Positions 9,686 to 20,194 of a stretch of 64,000 nt of DNA are shown in pieces. The notes beneath the pieces are model-generated. The model saw only the letters and a list, made by a program, of their open reading frames with translations, did no database searches and was not told where the DNA came from. The position numbers and the translations under genes are program-made. Within the stretch, counting starts at the first letter, position 1. Every line of letters begins with the position of its first letter. This DNA is from an uncultured cyanobacterium (GTDB lineage Bacteria > Cyanobacteriota > Cyanobacteriia > Cyanobacteriales > Nostocaceae): contig CAVUDP010000001.1 of assembly GCA_963740315.1 (NCBI GenBank), positions 1,344,001 through 1,408,000 of the forward strand, in the 5' to 3' direction.

Positions 9686-10051
9686 GTGACTAAAGCCAAA
9701 GAAAGCGACATTTGCCAAATCCGGTGTTTTAACGAGGAGTTAGTAACTCAGGTTGGTGAAGCAATGCCAGGAGATGATATTCTCGAAAATGCTCAAATTC
9801 TTTTTAGTGCTTTAGCAGATAACTCGCGCTTAAAAATTCTCCACGCTCTAAGTAACTGTCAAGAGCTTTGCGTCTGCGATGTCGCTTCGTTGCTTGATGT
9901 CAAAATTGCGTCTGCCTCTCATCACCTGCGGAAACTGCGCGACCTCAAAATTTTAAAGTATAGAAATGATGGCAAGCTAGCTTACTACTCTCTAAAAGAC
10001 CAGCGTATAGCTGAAGTTCTTTTCTATACCTTAAAACAACTTGCTGAGTAA
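9686..10051 (+). CDS. ArsR/SmtB-family metal-sensing repressor (CadC/AztR-like)
   Basis: ELCVCD alpha3 motif, N-terminal CQIRC, ASHHLRKLR, GKLAYYSL; GTG start. Confidence 0.9.
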   Translation: MTKAKESDICQIRCFNEELVTQVGEAMPGDDILENAQILFSALADNSRLKILHALSNCQELCVCDVASLLDVKIASASHHLRKLRDLKILKYRNDGKLAYYSLKDQRIAEVLFYTLKQLAE

Positions 10052-10052
10052 G

Positions 10053-10115
10053 TCATTCTAAACAACATTAGAATGAACTTTTTTTGTGATATCATTCTAA
10101 TGTTCATTTGAATAT
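10053..10115. promoter_or_regulatory. Two ArsR/CadC-type operator palindromes
   Basis: TCATTCTAA-N6-TTAGAATGA (10053-10076) and TCATTCTAA-N6-TTTGAATAT (10092-10115), between repressor and transporter. Confidence 0.7.
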
Positions 10116-10141
10116 TAGAATATTTGGATAATAGGAAAACC

Positions 10142-10754
10142 ATGAGTGACAACTGCTGCTCATATCAAAGGTTCTGAGCTAACAAAGCTGAAAAAACGGC
10201 AAGCTAATGTTCTTTGGGTAGTTTTATTCATCAACCTCGTGATGTTCTTTGTTGAGTTTGGAGCAGGTATTCGTGCGGATTCGATATCTTTGACTGGAGA
10301 CTCCCTCGATATGCTAGGTGATACGTTGGTTTACGCAACCAGTTTGTATGTCATTAATAAGGGTAGTAAAGCTCAGGCTGGTTCCGCATTTCTGAAGGGA
10401 ATCATCATGTTTGTGTTTGCGATCGCAGTCTTTGCTAGAGCAATCTATCAATTCTCTTCGGGTGTAACTCCAGAAGCAACAGTTATGAGTGCGATTGGAG
10501 TTATAGCGTTACTTGCAAATCTAACCTGTTTGCTGTTATTGGCTAGACATCGAAAGGATAATCTAAATATGTCTTCTGTATGGTTATGTTCGAGAAATGA
10601 CATCATTGCCAATATCTCTGTTCTTATAGCAGCAGGATTAGTTTTTCTAACTGGTTCGATTCTGCCCGATTTATTGTTCGGTTTGTTGTTAGCGTTTGTT
10701 TTTGCAAAGTCAGCAGGGAAAGTACTTTCCCAATCTTGGAGAGCTTTGGCTTAG
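10142..10754 (+). CDS. Cation diffusion facilitator-like transporter (TM domain only); N-terminus apparently frameshifted
   Basis: SISLTGDSLDMLGD, NMSSVWLCSRNDI motifs and multiple TM helices; ATG 10142 gives MSDNCC in a different frame from the body (GTG 10146). Confidence 0.8.
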
Positions 10755-10970
10755 ATACTGTTTTTGGGGACAGTAATTGAGATTTATTGACAGTTATCAA
10801 TGCTTTTTAAGGGTGCTGCAAGGGTTGTTTGCTGGTATTTAACGTCACCTTTGATCTGTTTCAATTTTATGCTAACTTTTGATGCCATACGTAGTTTGAC
10901 TGCTTAAATATTTGTCCTTTATATTACTTGAGGCTATCAGTATAAGAAGTTATAATTGTGTCAGTATTAA

Positions 10971-11714
10971 TTGAGTCTATTACCGGAGATTTTCTTTATG
11001 GGGGCATGGGAAGAGCAAGCAAAGCGAACAACTCGGCAAAGAAAGTTATGGTTGGAAACTCAAGAGTTTATTTTTATTGATGCTCTGCAAAATGCCACTA
11101 ACGAGGAAGAAGTCAAGGCTGCTTACATTAGAGAATTTTCTCTACCAGTAAAAATTCAAGAAAGACATGATTTATTGGTAGATAAAATTTTATTTGAATT
11201 TAAGTATTCAGTTAAGCTTAATGAAATAGAGGTTGCAGCGAAGGTTATTGCTCAAACTATTTACTATGTTAATCGTCTATTCAAAAAAGGACGTATAGAT
11301 GAAGTAAAGTATCTTGTAGTTGCTGATAAAGATGAGGCTAGACTGTTTAAGGTTGAAGATTTTCAAATATTTTATAAGAGTAATGAATATGAGTGGGATA
11401 ATTTTCGTCCCAGTTCCCCCAATCCTCAATTAATCAAAGCTATCAAAAATTCTAAAATTTTAGAGTCTAATAGAATTTATAAGTTAACTTGTCAAGATGA
11501 ATTGTATCTGTTTTCAAGTCGCCTTTATCAAATATTGTCTACTAAGCCTTTAATAAAGCCTAAAAGCAACTTACACAAAATACAAAATTTCAGTCTTGGT
11601 AAATTTTGGATAATTGGCTTCGGATTGATTCTGATATTATCTGCAAGCATTGGAATATTAAGACAACAATACTTAAATAATTCAAATAAATTAGTTCCAA
11701 CACAACAGGAGTGA
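10971..11714 (+). CDS. Hypothetical protein with PD-(D/E)XK-like motif and C-terminal TM helix
   Basis: HDLLVDKILFEFK..AQTIYY; hydrophobic FWIIGFGLILILSASIGIL; probable ATG at 10998. Confidence 0.6.
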   Translation: MSLLPEIFFMGAWEEQAKRTTRQRKLWLETQEFIFIDALQNATNEEEVKAAYIREFSLPVKIQERHDLLVDKILFEFKYSVKLNEIEVAAKVIAQTIYYVNRLFKKGRIDEVKYLVVADKDEARLFKVEDFQIFYKSNEYEWDNFRPSSPNPQLIKAIKNSKILESNRIYKLTCQDELYLFSSRLYQILSTKPLIKPKSNLHKIQNFSLGKFWIIGFGLILILSASIGILRQQYLNNSNKLVPTQQE

Positions 11715-11729
11715 TAAGGATCACACACA

Positions 11730-12917
11730 ATGCCTTCATCAAAGAAAAAAAAGCAAGTTCCAAATACTATAATCACGGTAGGTAGAAAAGGTACTACATA
11801 TCAACAGAAAATATCTCAAAGTACTCAAAGAGCTTATGGTTCTACCTATGAAGATTCAGATGAGTACAAAGAAGTAATTATAGATAGATCCGCAGCAGAA
11901 ATTATTGACCAAATTAATAAAAGGGTGAAAAGTCCTTACTATTCTATATATTGTGGAATTACTGGAATAATATTATTTTTTGTTTTTCCTCCTTTATTTA
12001 TTGTTTTAGCAGTTGTGACTTATTTAGTCTATAGAGAAGATGTTAAACGCAAAACAACACCCCTTTTTTATAACTTTTCTGATGACTACTCAGAGAAAAA
12101 ATTTTATGAAGGTATTGCATCTTTTTCTAATTTAGCTATGACTAAAAGTTCATGGCGATTGAAATCACAAGTTGCAGTTAATGATTGGAAAAGAAACGCT
12201 GGGTCTAATTCGTCACTTATTCGACATCGTTCAAAGATAGGTAAACAAAATCCTAATCTCCTCAAGACTAACGTTGAAGTTTGGGGTTTTGATGCTGGAA
12301 ATATTAAATTTTACTTGTTCCCTGACTGTGTTTTTATATTTCAAGATGGTGTTTATAGTACGATATCTTATAGTGAAGTTCGGGTATCCTTAAACGATTT
12401 GGAATATGTAGAGCAAGAGTCGCTTCCTAATGATGCAACTGTTATCGGAAAAACTTGGAAATATGTCCGACGTGATGGTGGTAGAGACCGACGTTTCAAC
12501 AATAATCGCCAACTTCCTATCGTAAATTATGGATTAGTTGCTTTTTCATCACCAAACTTTATTGCTTATCTAATTGTTTCTAGCCTTGAAATTTCTTCGT
12601 CTTTTACTCAATCTTTTAATAAAGTTTTAGGTTTATCTAGTAATAGTGCTAAAACTCGAATTACTTCAGAAAATCAATTCAAAACTCCGTTACCAGAGTT
12701 AGATTTGTCTCCAGAGCATCTGCAACCTTTAAGAAGAGCAGCATCTGAGAATTCTGAATTAACAACTAAGCAAATCGCACAGATGCTTGGTGTATCTAAT
12801 TCTTTTATTACTAAAAATCCTGTAAGCTTTGATTACGAAGGATTTCATTTTATTCGTTCAGGTCGTTCAGGTCGTCAAATATCTTGGAAGGTTGAGTATC
12901 TTGGTAATAAAACATAG
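11730..12917 (+). CDS. Hypothetical membrane protein (resembles DUF4236-associated C-terminal region) with terminal HTH-like segment
   Basis: TM segment, WKRNAG, YLFPD, TWKYVRRDGGRDRRFNNNRQLP..YG, LTTKQIAQMLGVS. Confidence 0.6.
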   Translation: MPSSKKKKQVPNTIITVGRKGTTYQQKISQSTQRAYGSTYEDSDEYKEVIIDRSAAEIIDQINKRVKSPYYSIYCGITGIILFFVFPPLFIVLAVVTYLVYREDVKRKTTPLFYNFSDDYSEKKFYEGIASFSNLAMTKSSWRLKSQVAVNDWKRNAGSNSSLIRHRSKIGKQNPNLLKTNVEVWGFDAGNIKFYLFPDCVFIFQDGVYSTISYSEVRVSLNDLEYVEQESLPNDATVIGKTWKYVRRDGGRDRRFNNNRQLPIVNYGLVAFSSPNFIAYLIVSSLEISSSFTQSFNKVLGLSSNSAKTRITSENQFKTPLPELDLSPEHLQPLRRAASENSELTTKQIAQMLGVSNSFITKNPVSFDYEGFHFIRSGRSGRQISWKVEYLGNKT

Positions 12918-12970
12918 AGTCCCTATGTTCTATAAACGAAAAAATGAGCTAGATGTTATAGACAATCAAA

Positions 12971-13215
12971 TTGGTGTCTTGGAATCCCCAGGACACTTGT
13001 AATAACTAAAGCAACATCAAAGTAACTTATGAAGGCGAAATAAGTCAAAATCAAATTGGCACCAGCCCACTTCATGCTAGCCAAAGTTTCTAAAATCACC
13101 TTTTTATCATCAATTCAACCCTCCCCTACAGTAGCTTTAATCATTTCATATTCTTCAGTAGCGTTATATGCTGTGACGGTTGATTTTGTTGCTGATTTTA
13201 TCAAGTAAATATCAA
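12971..13215 (-). pseudogene. hemB: 3' remnant of hemB with its downstream hairpin
   Basis: Translates [55 protein letters not shown] then frameshifts; colinear with intact hemB C-terminus and 3' flank (about 18977-19220). Confidence 0.9.
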
Positions 13216-13218
13216 TCT

Positions 13219-14292
13219 TCAACCAAAACCCACCGCACGATTACTTTTAGACCAAATTAACACTTCACCATTTTGACCCCCAGCAGCAATTTTATTACCT
13301 TGGGGATGCCATGCAACGCAAGAAAACCCGTTTTTAGCACCTTGGAGAACTTGCGCTACTTTTTTCGCTTTTTTCCACAAACAAAGCCAACCGTCAGCAG
13401 CAGCAGAAGCAAGCATTAAATTATCGGGTGCAAATTCGATTGCTTCTACAATATCGCTGTGATTGGTTAATACAGTCGCACCCCAACCCGAAGATGCATC
13501 ATCTTGCTTTTCCCAAATAACGATACTTTCTCCGCTAGAAGATGCCAGCAATGGCTCTTTTTTAGATGTATTGACTTTTGACCAAGCTAAATGACGAATC
13601 TTACCTGGAAAACCATGCATTAACCAAGGCTCGGCTTGTTTAGCATTAGTAATAAAATCTGTTTCCAATACACAGATAGTTTTATCCATGTTACCCGAAG
13701 CAATATATTTACCATCAGACGACCAAGCCACAGCAACACTAGCCGATGGTACGCTAAAGAAATACGGGTGTTCATCCCATTCATGAGAGCGCCAAATTTT
13801 CACACCTTGATAACCAGCGATCGCCAGAAATTTACCATCATGACTCCAGTCAATACTTAGTACTGAAGAGTTATCAAAATTCAAGGTGACAACAATTTCT
13901 TGAATATCTGCATTCCAAACCTGTACTAATGGTCCCAAACTAAAAGCTAGTAAATTTTTGCGGGGACTCCATGCTAATTTATCTACCCAAGCTGGAGCAT
14001 TTTCTAAAGTCGCAATCAGTTGATGATTAGAGGTACTCCAAATTTTTACTTTACCATCTTGTCCGCCAACTGCTAAAAACTTTGCATCAGTAGAAAAAGC
14101 TAATCCATCAATAGAAGTATTAGTAACTTCTTGCAAAGTTATTAATTCGTTTTCCACAAAAACTTTTACTTCTCCAGCAGCAGAACTTATCGCTAAAGTA
14201 CTACCATCAGGCGACCATTTTACAGCGGTTATATAATCAGAAAGTATATTATTCCAATTTAAATCAAAGTCAGTAGATTTAATAGTTTTCAT
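13219..14292 (-). CDS. WD40-repeat beta-propeller protein
   Basis: Repeated WSPDG..LA..G.DG.V.IW units; downstream of a COG0523 gene. Confidence 0.9.
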   Translation of the reverse strand: MKTIKSTDFDLNWNNILSDYITAVKWSPDGSTLAISSAAGEVKVFVENELITLQEVTNTSIDGLAFSTDAKFLAVGGQDGKVKIWSTSNHQLIATLENAPAWVDKLAWSPRKNLLAFSLGPLVQVWNADIQEIVVTLNFDNSSVLSIDWSHDGKFLAIAGYQGVKIWRSHEWDEHPYFFSVPSASVAVAWSSDGKYIASGNMDKTICVLETDFITNAKQAEPWLMHGFPGKIRHLAWSKVNTSKKEPLLASSSGESIVIWEKQDDASSGWGATVLTNHSDIVEAIEFAPDNLMLASAAADGWLCLWKKAKKVAQVLQGAKNGFSCVAWHPQGNKIAAGGQNGEVLIWSKSNRAVGFG

Positions 14293-14380
14293 TTGTACCT
14301 TAAACGAAGGAAGAATTTAGAATTTAGAAGGAATAAAATGGCGAAATATAGCATTTATTAAGCAACCGAGGTACAGCTTC

Positions 14381-14448
14381 ACCTCACCCCAATAAAGCTG
14401 TGCTTTATCTCCCCTCTCCTTACTAAGGAGAGGGGCTGGGGGTGAGGT
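14381..14448. repeat. Palindromic short dispersed repeat (second copy at 51017-51097)
   Basis: ACCTCACCC...CCCTCTCCTTACTAAGGAGAGGG...GGGTGAGGT nested hairpins. Confidence 0.75.
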
Positions 14449-14487
14449 TTTGAGGTATACATCAGTAGCTGTAACTATTAATAAAAA

Positions 14488-15456
14488 TTAAGCCATACAA
14501 GCGAGAAAATCTTTCTTTAACTGAGTTTCATCTAAATTGCGACCAATAAAAACCAGTTCATTCTGACGTTGTTCGCCTTCTTTCCACAAACGGTCTGGTT
14601 TCCCATCTAATAACATATGTACTCCTTGGAAAACAAACCTTTCATCTTCTCCAGCAATATTTAAAATACCTTTCATGCGGAAAATATCGGGTCCTTTAGT
14701 TTGTAATAAATTACTTAACCATTGATTTAATTTATCCCCGTCTAATTTACCTTTTTCCACCAAAGCTATAGAATAAACAGTTTCATCATGTTCGTGAGCA
14801 TCTTCGCTTAAAAAATTTGGGTCAACTTCCAAAGCTCTATCTAAATCAAAAGCTTTCACCCCTAAAAGCGCATCCATTTCTAACTCAGAATTCCGAGTAC
14901 GGTAGATTTTTGCCATTGCATTCATTCCCCGTATCCTCAGTTCTAATTCTTCAAGTTGTTCTGGGGTTACTAAATCAGTTTTATTAAGTAAAATTACATC
15001 AGCAAAAGCAATTTGTTCTTGAGCTTCATCCGCATCCCAATGTTGCCAAATATGCTTGGCATCAACTACCGTAATTACAGCATCTAAATTCAATTTTTCC
15101 CGCATATCCTCATCTACAAAGAAAGTCTGAATTACAGGTGCGGGGTCTGCGAGTCCAGTAGTTTCAATTACTAAATGGTCAAATTTATCACGGCGCTTCA
15201 TTAAATTAGCAATGATGCGAATCAAATCACCACGTACCGTACAGCAAATGCAGCCATTATTCATTTCAAAGATTTCTTCATCAGCATCGATAACCAATTG
15301 ATTATCAATTCCGACTTCCCCAAATTCATTGACTATCACCGCGACTTTCTTACCATGCTCGTGGGTGAGAATCCGGTTAAGTAAAGTTGTTTTTCCCGCT
15401 CCTAAATAACCAGTGAGAACGGTTACGGGGACTGTATCTAAAGCTTGAGCAGTCAT
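14488..15456 (-). CDS. COG0523/CobW-family G3E GTPase
   Basis: GYLGAGKTT, VNEFGEVGID, NGCICC, ETTGLADP, NKTD, FRMKG, FQGVH, LVFIGR. Confidence 0.95.
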   Translation of the reverse strand: MTAQALDTVPVTVLTGYLGAGKTTLLNRILTHEHGKKVAVIVNEFGEVGIDNQLVIDADEEIFEMNNGCICCTVRGDLIRIIANLMKRRDKFDHLVIETTGLADPAPVIQTFFVDEDMREKLNLDAVITVVDAKHIWQHWDADEAQEQIAFADVILLNKTDLVTPEQLEELELRIRGMNAMAKIYRTRNSELEMDALLGVKAFDLDRALEVDPNFLSEDAHEHDETVYSIALVEKGKLDGDKLNQWLSNLLQTKGPDIFRMKGILNIAGEDERFVFQGVHMLLDGKPDRLWKEGEQRQNELVFIGRNLDETQLKKDFLACMA

Positions 15457-15474
15457 CCTTATTCTCCGAGATAA

Positions 15475-15489
15475 TGAAAATCATTCTCG
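15475..15489. promoter_or_regulatory. Zur-box-like site
   Basis: TGAAAATCATTCTCG, 19 nt upstream of the COG0523 ATG. Confidence 0.65.
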
Positions 15490-15634
15490 TAATATGGTAC
15501 TGCATTACCTTTAGATAGAAGCTAACTTGAATAATAAAATTTGTAATGCTTTACCTGAAATGATTCGGGCAATTAAATTTTTTTAATTCCTAATTCGCTA
15601 AATATAGAACAATTAAATAGCAAATGGCAAAAAA

Positions 15635-16381
15635 CTAATTAGAAGCAACAGGTGTTTTTTTAGCTCCAAAACCCTTATTTACCCCGTAGCGAACAGTCTT
15701 AAATTCTACTTGATTATTATTCGGGTTGTAGAGAGTGTAAGTTGCCTCTCCTGATTTTCTGCCCACATTCCCTACACCTACTACCATACGTGGAGTGACA
15801 TTGATAGTTTGATTTGGTGTTTGATTATCAAGGGTAGTTATTCCCGTATCAATCGAACCAGCTTCTAAATTATATTGAAAAGTCAAACCAGAACGAGCGC
15901 AAAATAAATTATTAGCTTGCATACGTGCTACCCGGTCTAACATAATAACTGGAGAAGTTTCCGGAGTTAATGCTTCATCCACAGATACAGTTGTACCGTG
16001 AATTAATAAACAATCTAATTCAAAGAAACCAAAATCAAGATTTCGTATCCACTCCACAGTATTACGAGAAACATTATCCCATAGTAATTTTACTGTCTCG
16101 TCACCAAATTTTTCCAATAAATTGGTAGGTTCTGAAGTTGCAGATAAACTATGCAGTATCAAACATTGCTCCTCCCACCAGCCCTTACAAACGAGCGGTG
16201 TTAACCCAAACTGTGGCTGACGCAAACGTTCCGCCAGTTTCTCAGACTCCGGAGTTGGTCCGATCGCATCTCCTAGAATATATAAAGCTTCTATATAACG
16301 ACTTTGACGTTTAATATCCGCCATCACAGCTTCATAAGCTGCTAAATTACCTTCAATACCGCTTAAAATTGCCCACTTCAT
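15635..16381 (-). CDS. Degenerate metallophosphoesterase-fold protein
   Basis: AILSGIEGNLAAYEAV, LGDAIG, IHG, GVGNVG; most canonical His/Asp ligands replaced. Confidence 0.75.
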   Translation of the reverse strand: MKWAILSGIEGNLAAYEAVMADIKRQSRYIEALYILGDAIGPTPESEKLAERLRQPQFGLTPLVCKGWWEEQCLILHSLSATSEPTNLLEKFGDETVKLLWDNVSRNTVEWIRNLDFGFFELDCLLIHGTTVSVDEALTPETSPVIMLDRVARMQANNLFCARSGLTFQYNLEAGSIDTGITTLDNQTPNQTINVTPRMVVGVGNVGRKSGEATYTLYNPNNNQVEFKTVRYGVNKGFGAKKTPVASN

Positions 16382-16389
16382 TATGATTT

Positions 16390-16480
16390 TGGATTTTAGA
16401 TTTTAGATTTTAGATTAAAGAGTTAGGAGTTAGGAATGAGGAGTTAGGAGTTAGGAGTTATTTAATTTTGGATTTTAGAT
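16390..16480. repeat. STRR-type heptamer tandem repeats
   Basis: (TTTTAGA/TTTTGGA)n and (GAGTTAG)n. Confidence 0.8.
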
Positions 16481-16520
16481 TATAAAATTTTCCTATTACC
16501 AATTCCCCATGCCCAATCCC

Positions 16521-17330
16521 CTACTTAGTACAAACATGAGTTGGGTCATCTGCGCGTTCTGCAAACTCTATTCCCCGCGCTAAACGCCATGCAAAGATGG
16601 GTGGTAATCCTTTTTCTACAATTGCTGTACAGGTTTTTTGATAATCGTAAGTAACTTCTCTTAATATCACTTCTTGAGTGTCAGTGTCATAAATTACATA
16701 AGTTGCATTGGGTCTTCCATGTCTTGGTTCTCCTACCGAACCTGCATTAATAATCTTTTTCAAGTTAGCTGTAAAGCTTTTTTCTTCAGATGAATTTTTG
16801 CTTTCCACTCGAATTTTTAGTTTACCTGAATCTAAATTACGGTAATAAGGTGCATGAGTATGTCCGCAAAAAAGCACATCTGCACCTGATGAAATCACTC
16901 TTTCCAATGCTACAAATGCATCGAGTTCTGGTAATAAATATTCGTGGTTACTGTGGGGACTACCGTGAACAAAAGCCAAGTTATCTTCTTTGATAATATG
17001 AGGTAATTGAGCTAAAAAGTCGCGATTTTCTGGTTTTATCTGTTTATTAGTCCACTCATGAGCGATAAGACCACGTTGTTCTGCTAACAATGAAGGATAA
17101 CTACAATCGCAAGCATTTAAACCTTCAACTACGTCTTCATCCCAACAACCAGCACAGGTAGGAATATTTAAAGAACGAATTTTTTCTACTACTTGATTAG
17201 GATAAGGACCATACCCAACTAAATCACCCAAACAAAATATTTTTTCAGCAAAATATTTATCTATATCTAATAAAACAGCATCCAAAGCCTCTATATTACC
17301 GTGAATACATGACATAACTGCTATTTTCAT
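16521..17330 (-). CDS. Metallophosphoesterase family protein with Cys substitutions
   Basis: SCIHGN, GDLVGYG, GCWDE, HGSP, CGHTH, NAGSVGEPR. Confidence 0.85.
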   Translation of the reverse strand: MKIAVMSCIHGNIEALDAVLLDIDKYFAEKIFCLGDLVGYGPYPNQVVEKIRSLNIPTCAGCWDEDVVEGLNACDCSYPSLLAEQRGLIAHEWTNKQIKPENRDFLAQLPHIIKEDNLAFVHGSPHSNHEYLLPELDAFVALERVISSGADVLFCGHTHAPYYRNLDSGKLKIRVESKNSSEEKSFTANLKKIINAGSVGEPRHGRPNATYVIYDTDTQEVILREVTYDYQKTCTAIVEKGLPPIFAWRLARGIEFAERADDPTHVCTK

Positions 17331-18103
17331 ACCGGCATTCCTTCTAATAACATCTGTTTAACTTGTTCTTGGTACTGCTTAACTAATAAATCTGATAAAA
17401 AACAATCAGATAAAGTTTGTTTGAGAGCAGTTTCATCCAAATTTTCTCCCGCTACTTCAATACCGCTAAAACGTTGTGGTCTACCTTCTAAATAACGAGG
17501 TAAATTTAATTCTAAAAAACCTATCTGAGGTACACCCATTACAAAATCACAGTAAATACTTCTACCATCATTAACGTCAAAAATTGCCTTAGCACGAGTA
17601 ACATTACCATAAGCACCGTGAGTTAATTCATACCAAAACTCTTCTAAAGAATCTTCGTCAATAACTTGAGTATCAGTTACAACTCTCCATAAATGTTTAG
17701 ATGAATTAGTTTCTGCTGGAACTCCCCGAATAATTTCATCAGCCCAAGCATGATATTCAGAATCTTCGAGATGGGGAGGTAATACAGCTACAGGATGGTA
17801 AGGTAAATTATTCAATATTGGTGATAAACTGCTCAAGTGCAAATAAAAACCCAACTCAATATAAATCGCTTTCGCTTCGGGTATTTGCTTGAGTAAATCA
17901 ACTTCTTGATTGTCACTAAAAACTTGTATTTGGGGAAAATCGGCTGCAATTCGGTTTTTATCTATAGAAACATTACCAGTACCAGGACTGAAATAAATAA
18001 TATCTTTATCTTCGACAGTTGTATCTTGGATTTGCTGATGAATCCAAGCAGTTTTTCCCGAACCCGCGCAACCAGCGACAACGTTAATTAAAGGTACAGC
18101 CAT
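17327..18103 (-). CDS. Degenerate CobW-like protein (P-loop plus CobW_C-like domain)
   Basis: VAGCAGSGKT, GAYGNVTRAKAIF; no CxCC; 4-nt overlap with the downstream gene. Confidence 0.7.
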   Translation of the reverse strand: MAVPLINVVAGCAGSGKTAWIHQQIQDTTVEDKDIIYFSPGTGNVSIDKNRIAADFPQIQVFSDNQEVDLLKQIPEAKAIYIELGFYLHLSSLSPILNNLPYHPVAVLPPHLEDSEYHAWADEIIRGVPAETNSSKHLWRVVTDTQVIDEDSLEEFWYELTHGAYGNVTRAKAIFDVNDGRSIYCDFVMGVPQIGFLELNLPRYLEGRPQRFSGIEVAGENLDETALKQTLSDCFLSDLLVKQYQEQVKQMLLEGMPV

Positions 18104-18178
18104 TTCAGTTATCAGTTATCAGTTATCAGTGATAGATTGATGAAAATTTATTAACCCTAAGTATAAACTATATGTGAA

Positions 18179-18193
18179 TGATAATCGTTTTCA
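18179..18193. promoter_or_regulatory. Zur-box-like site
   Basis: TGATAATCGTTTTCA. Confidence 0.8.
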
Positions 18194-18274
18194 GTTGTTT
18201 TGGAAATATTAAATTTATAGCGTCCCAGGCAATGGTGAAGTTTTGTTTCCCATTGCCTATATTCAAGTTATCAA

Positions 18275-18925
18275 TTAATGAAAATTAGCCTTGTGTCGAA
18301 TCAAATTCATGAATTCCTCGCGAGTTTTGGCATCTTCTGCAAATACACCACGCATTGCACTAGTTACAGTCCAAGAACCGGGTTTTTGTACGCCACGCAT
18401 TACCATACACATATGACTAGCTTCTACAACTACTGCCACACCTTGGGGTTTGAGTAAACCTTGGAGCGCATCAGCAATTTGTAAAGTCAATCTTTCCTGT
18501 ACTTGTAACCGTCTTGCGTACATTTCACAAATGCGGGCAATTTTTGATAATCCAATGACTTTCCCATTAGGAATATAAGCGACATGAGCGCGACCAAGGA
18601 TTGGTAAAATATGGTGTTCGCAGGAACTAAAAATATCAATATCTCTGACCAATACCATTTCGTTGGCATCTTCTGTAAACACTGCACCATTTAACAGTTC
18701 ATCCAAAGATTCATGGTAGCCTTTAGTCAAAAATTGTAAGGCTTTCACAACTCTTTTTGGAGTATCCTTGAGTCCTTCTCTATCTGGGTCTTCTCCTAAT
18801 CCAAGTAATAAAGTTCTTACGGCTTGCATCATTTCTTCATCCGTAATCTTTGGTTTATTTTGTGTAGATAAAGATGAAACAACTTGCTCGGCAGAATTTA
18901 ATTCGGGACGAAAAGATAAAGTCAT
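18275..18925 (-). CDS. folE: GTP cyclohydrolase I (FolE type IA)
   Basis: [45 protein letters not shown]. Confidence 0.96.
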   Translation of the reverse strand: MTLSFRPELNSAEQVVSSLSTQNKPKITDEEMMQAVRTLLLGLGEDPDREGLKDTPKRVVKALQFLTKGYHESLDELLNGAVFTEDANEMVLVRDIDIFSSCEHHILPILGRAHVAYIPNGKVIGLSKIARICEMYARRLQVQERLTLQIADALQGLLKPQGVAVVVEASHMCMVMRGVQKPGSWTVTSAMRGVFAEDAKTREEFMNLIRHKANFH

Positions 18926-19011
18926 TATTTTAATTTAATTGAAATTATTGCACTGGAATCTAACAGCTCCCGTCGGTTGATATCTTGAAATCCCCAAGAC
19001 ACTAGTACTAA

Positions 19012-20109
<1,098 letters not shown>

Positions 20110-20194
20110 TTCTCAGTGTTGTGGTAATATACAAAAGCCTGATGGGAATAAGAGTATTTACACTTAGACTTGAGTTTTTAAGAACATCTACCTT

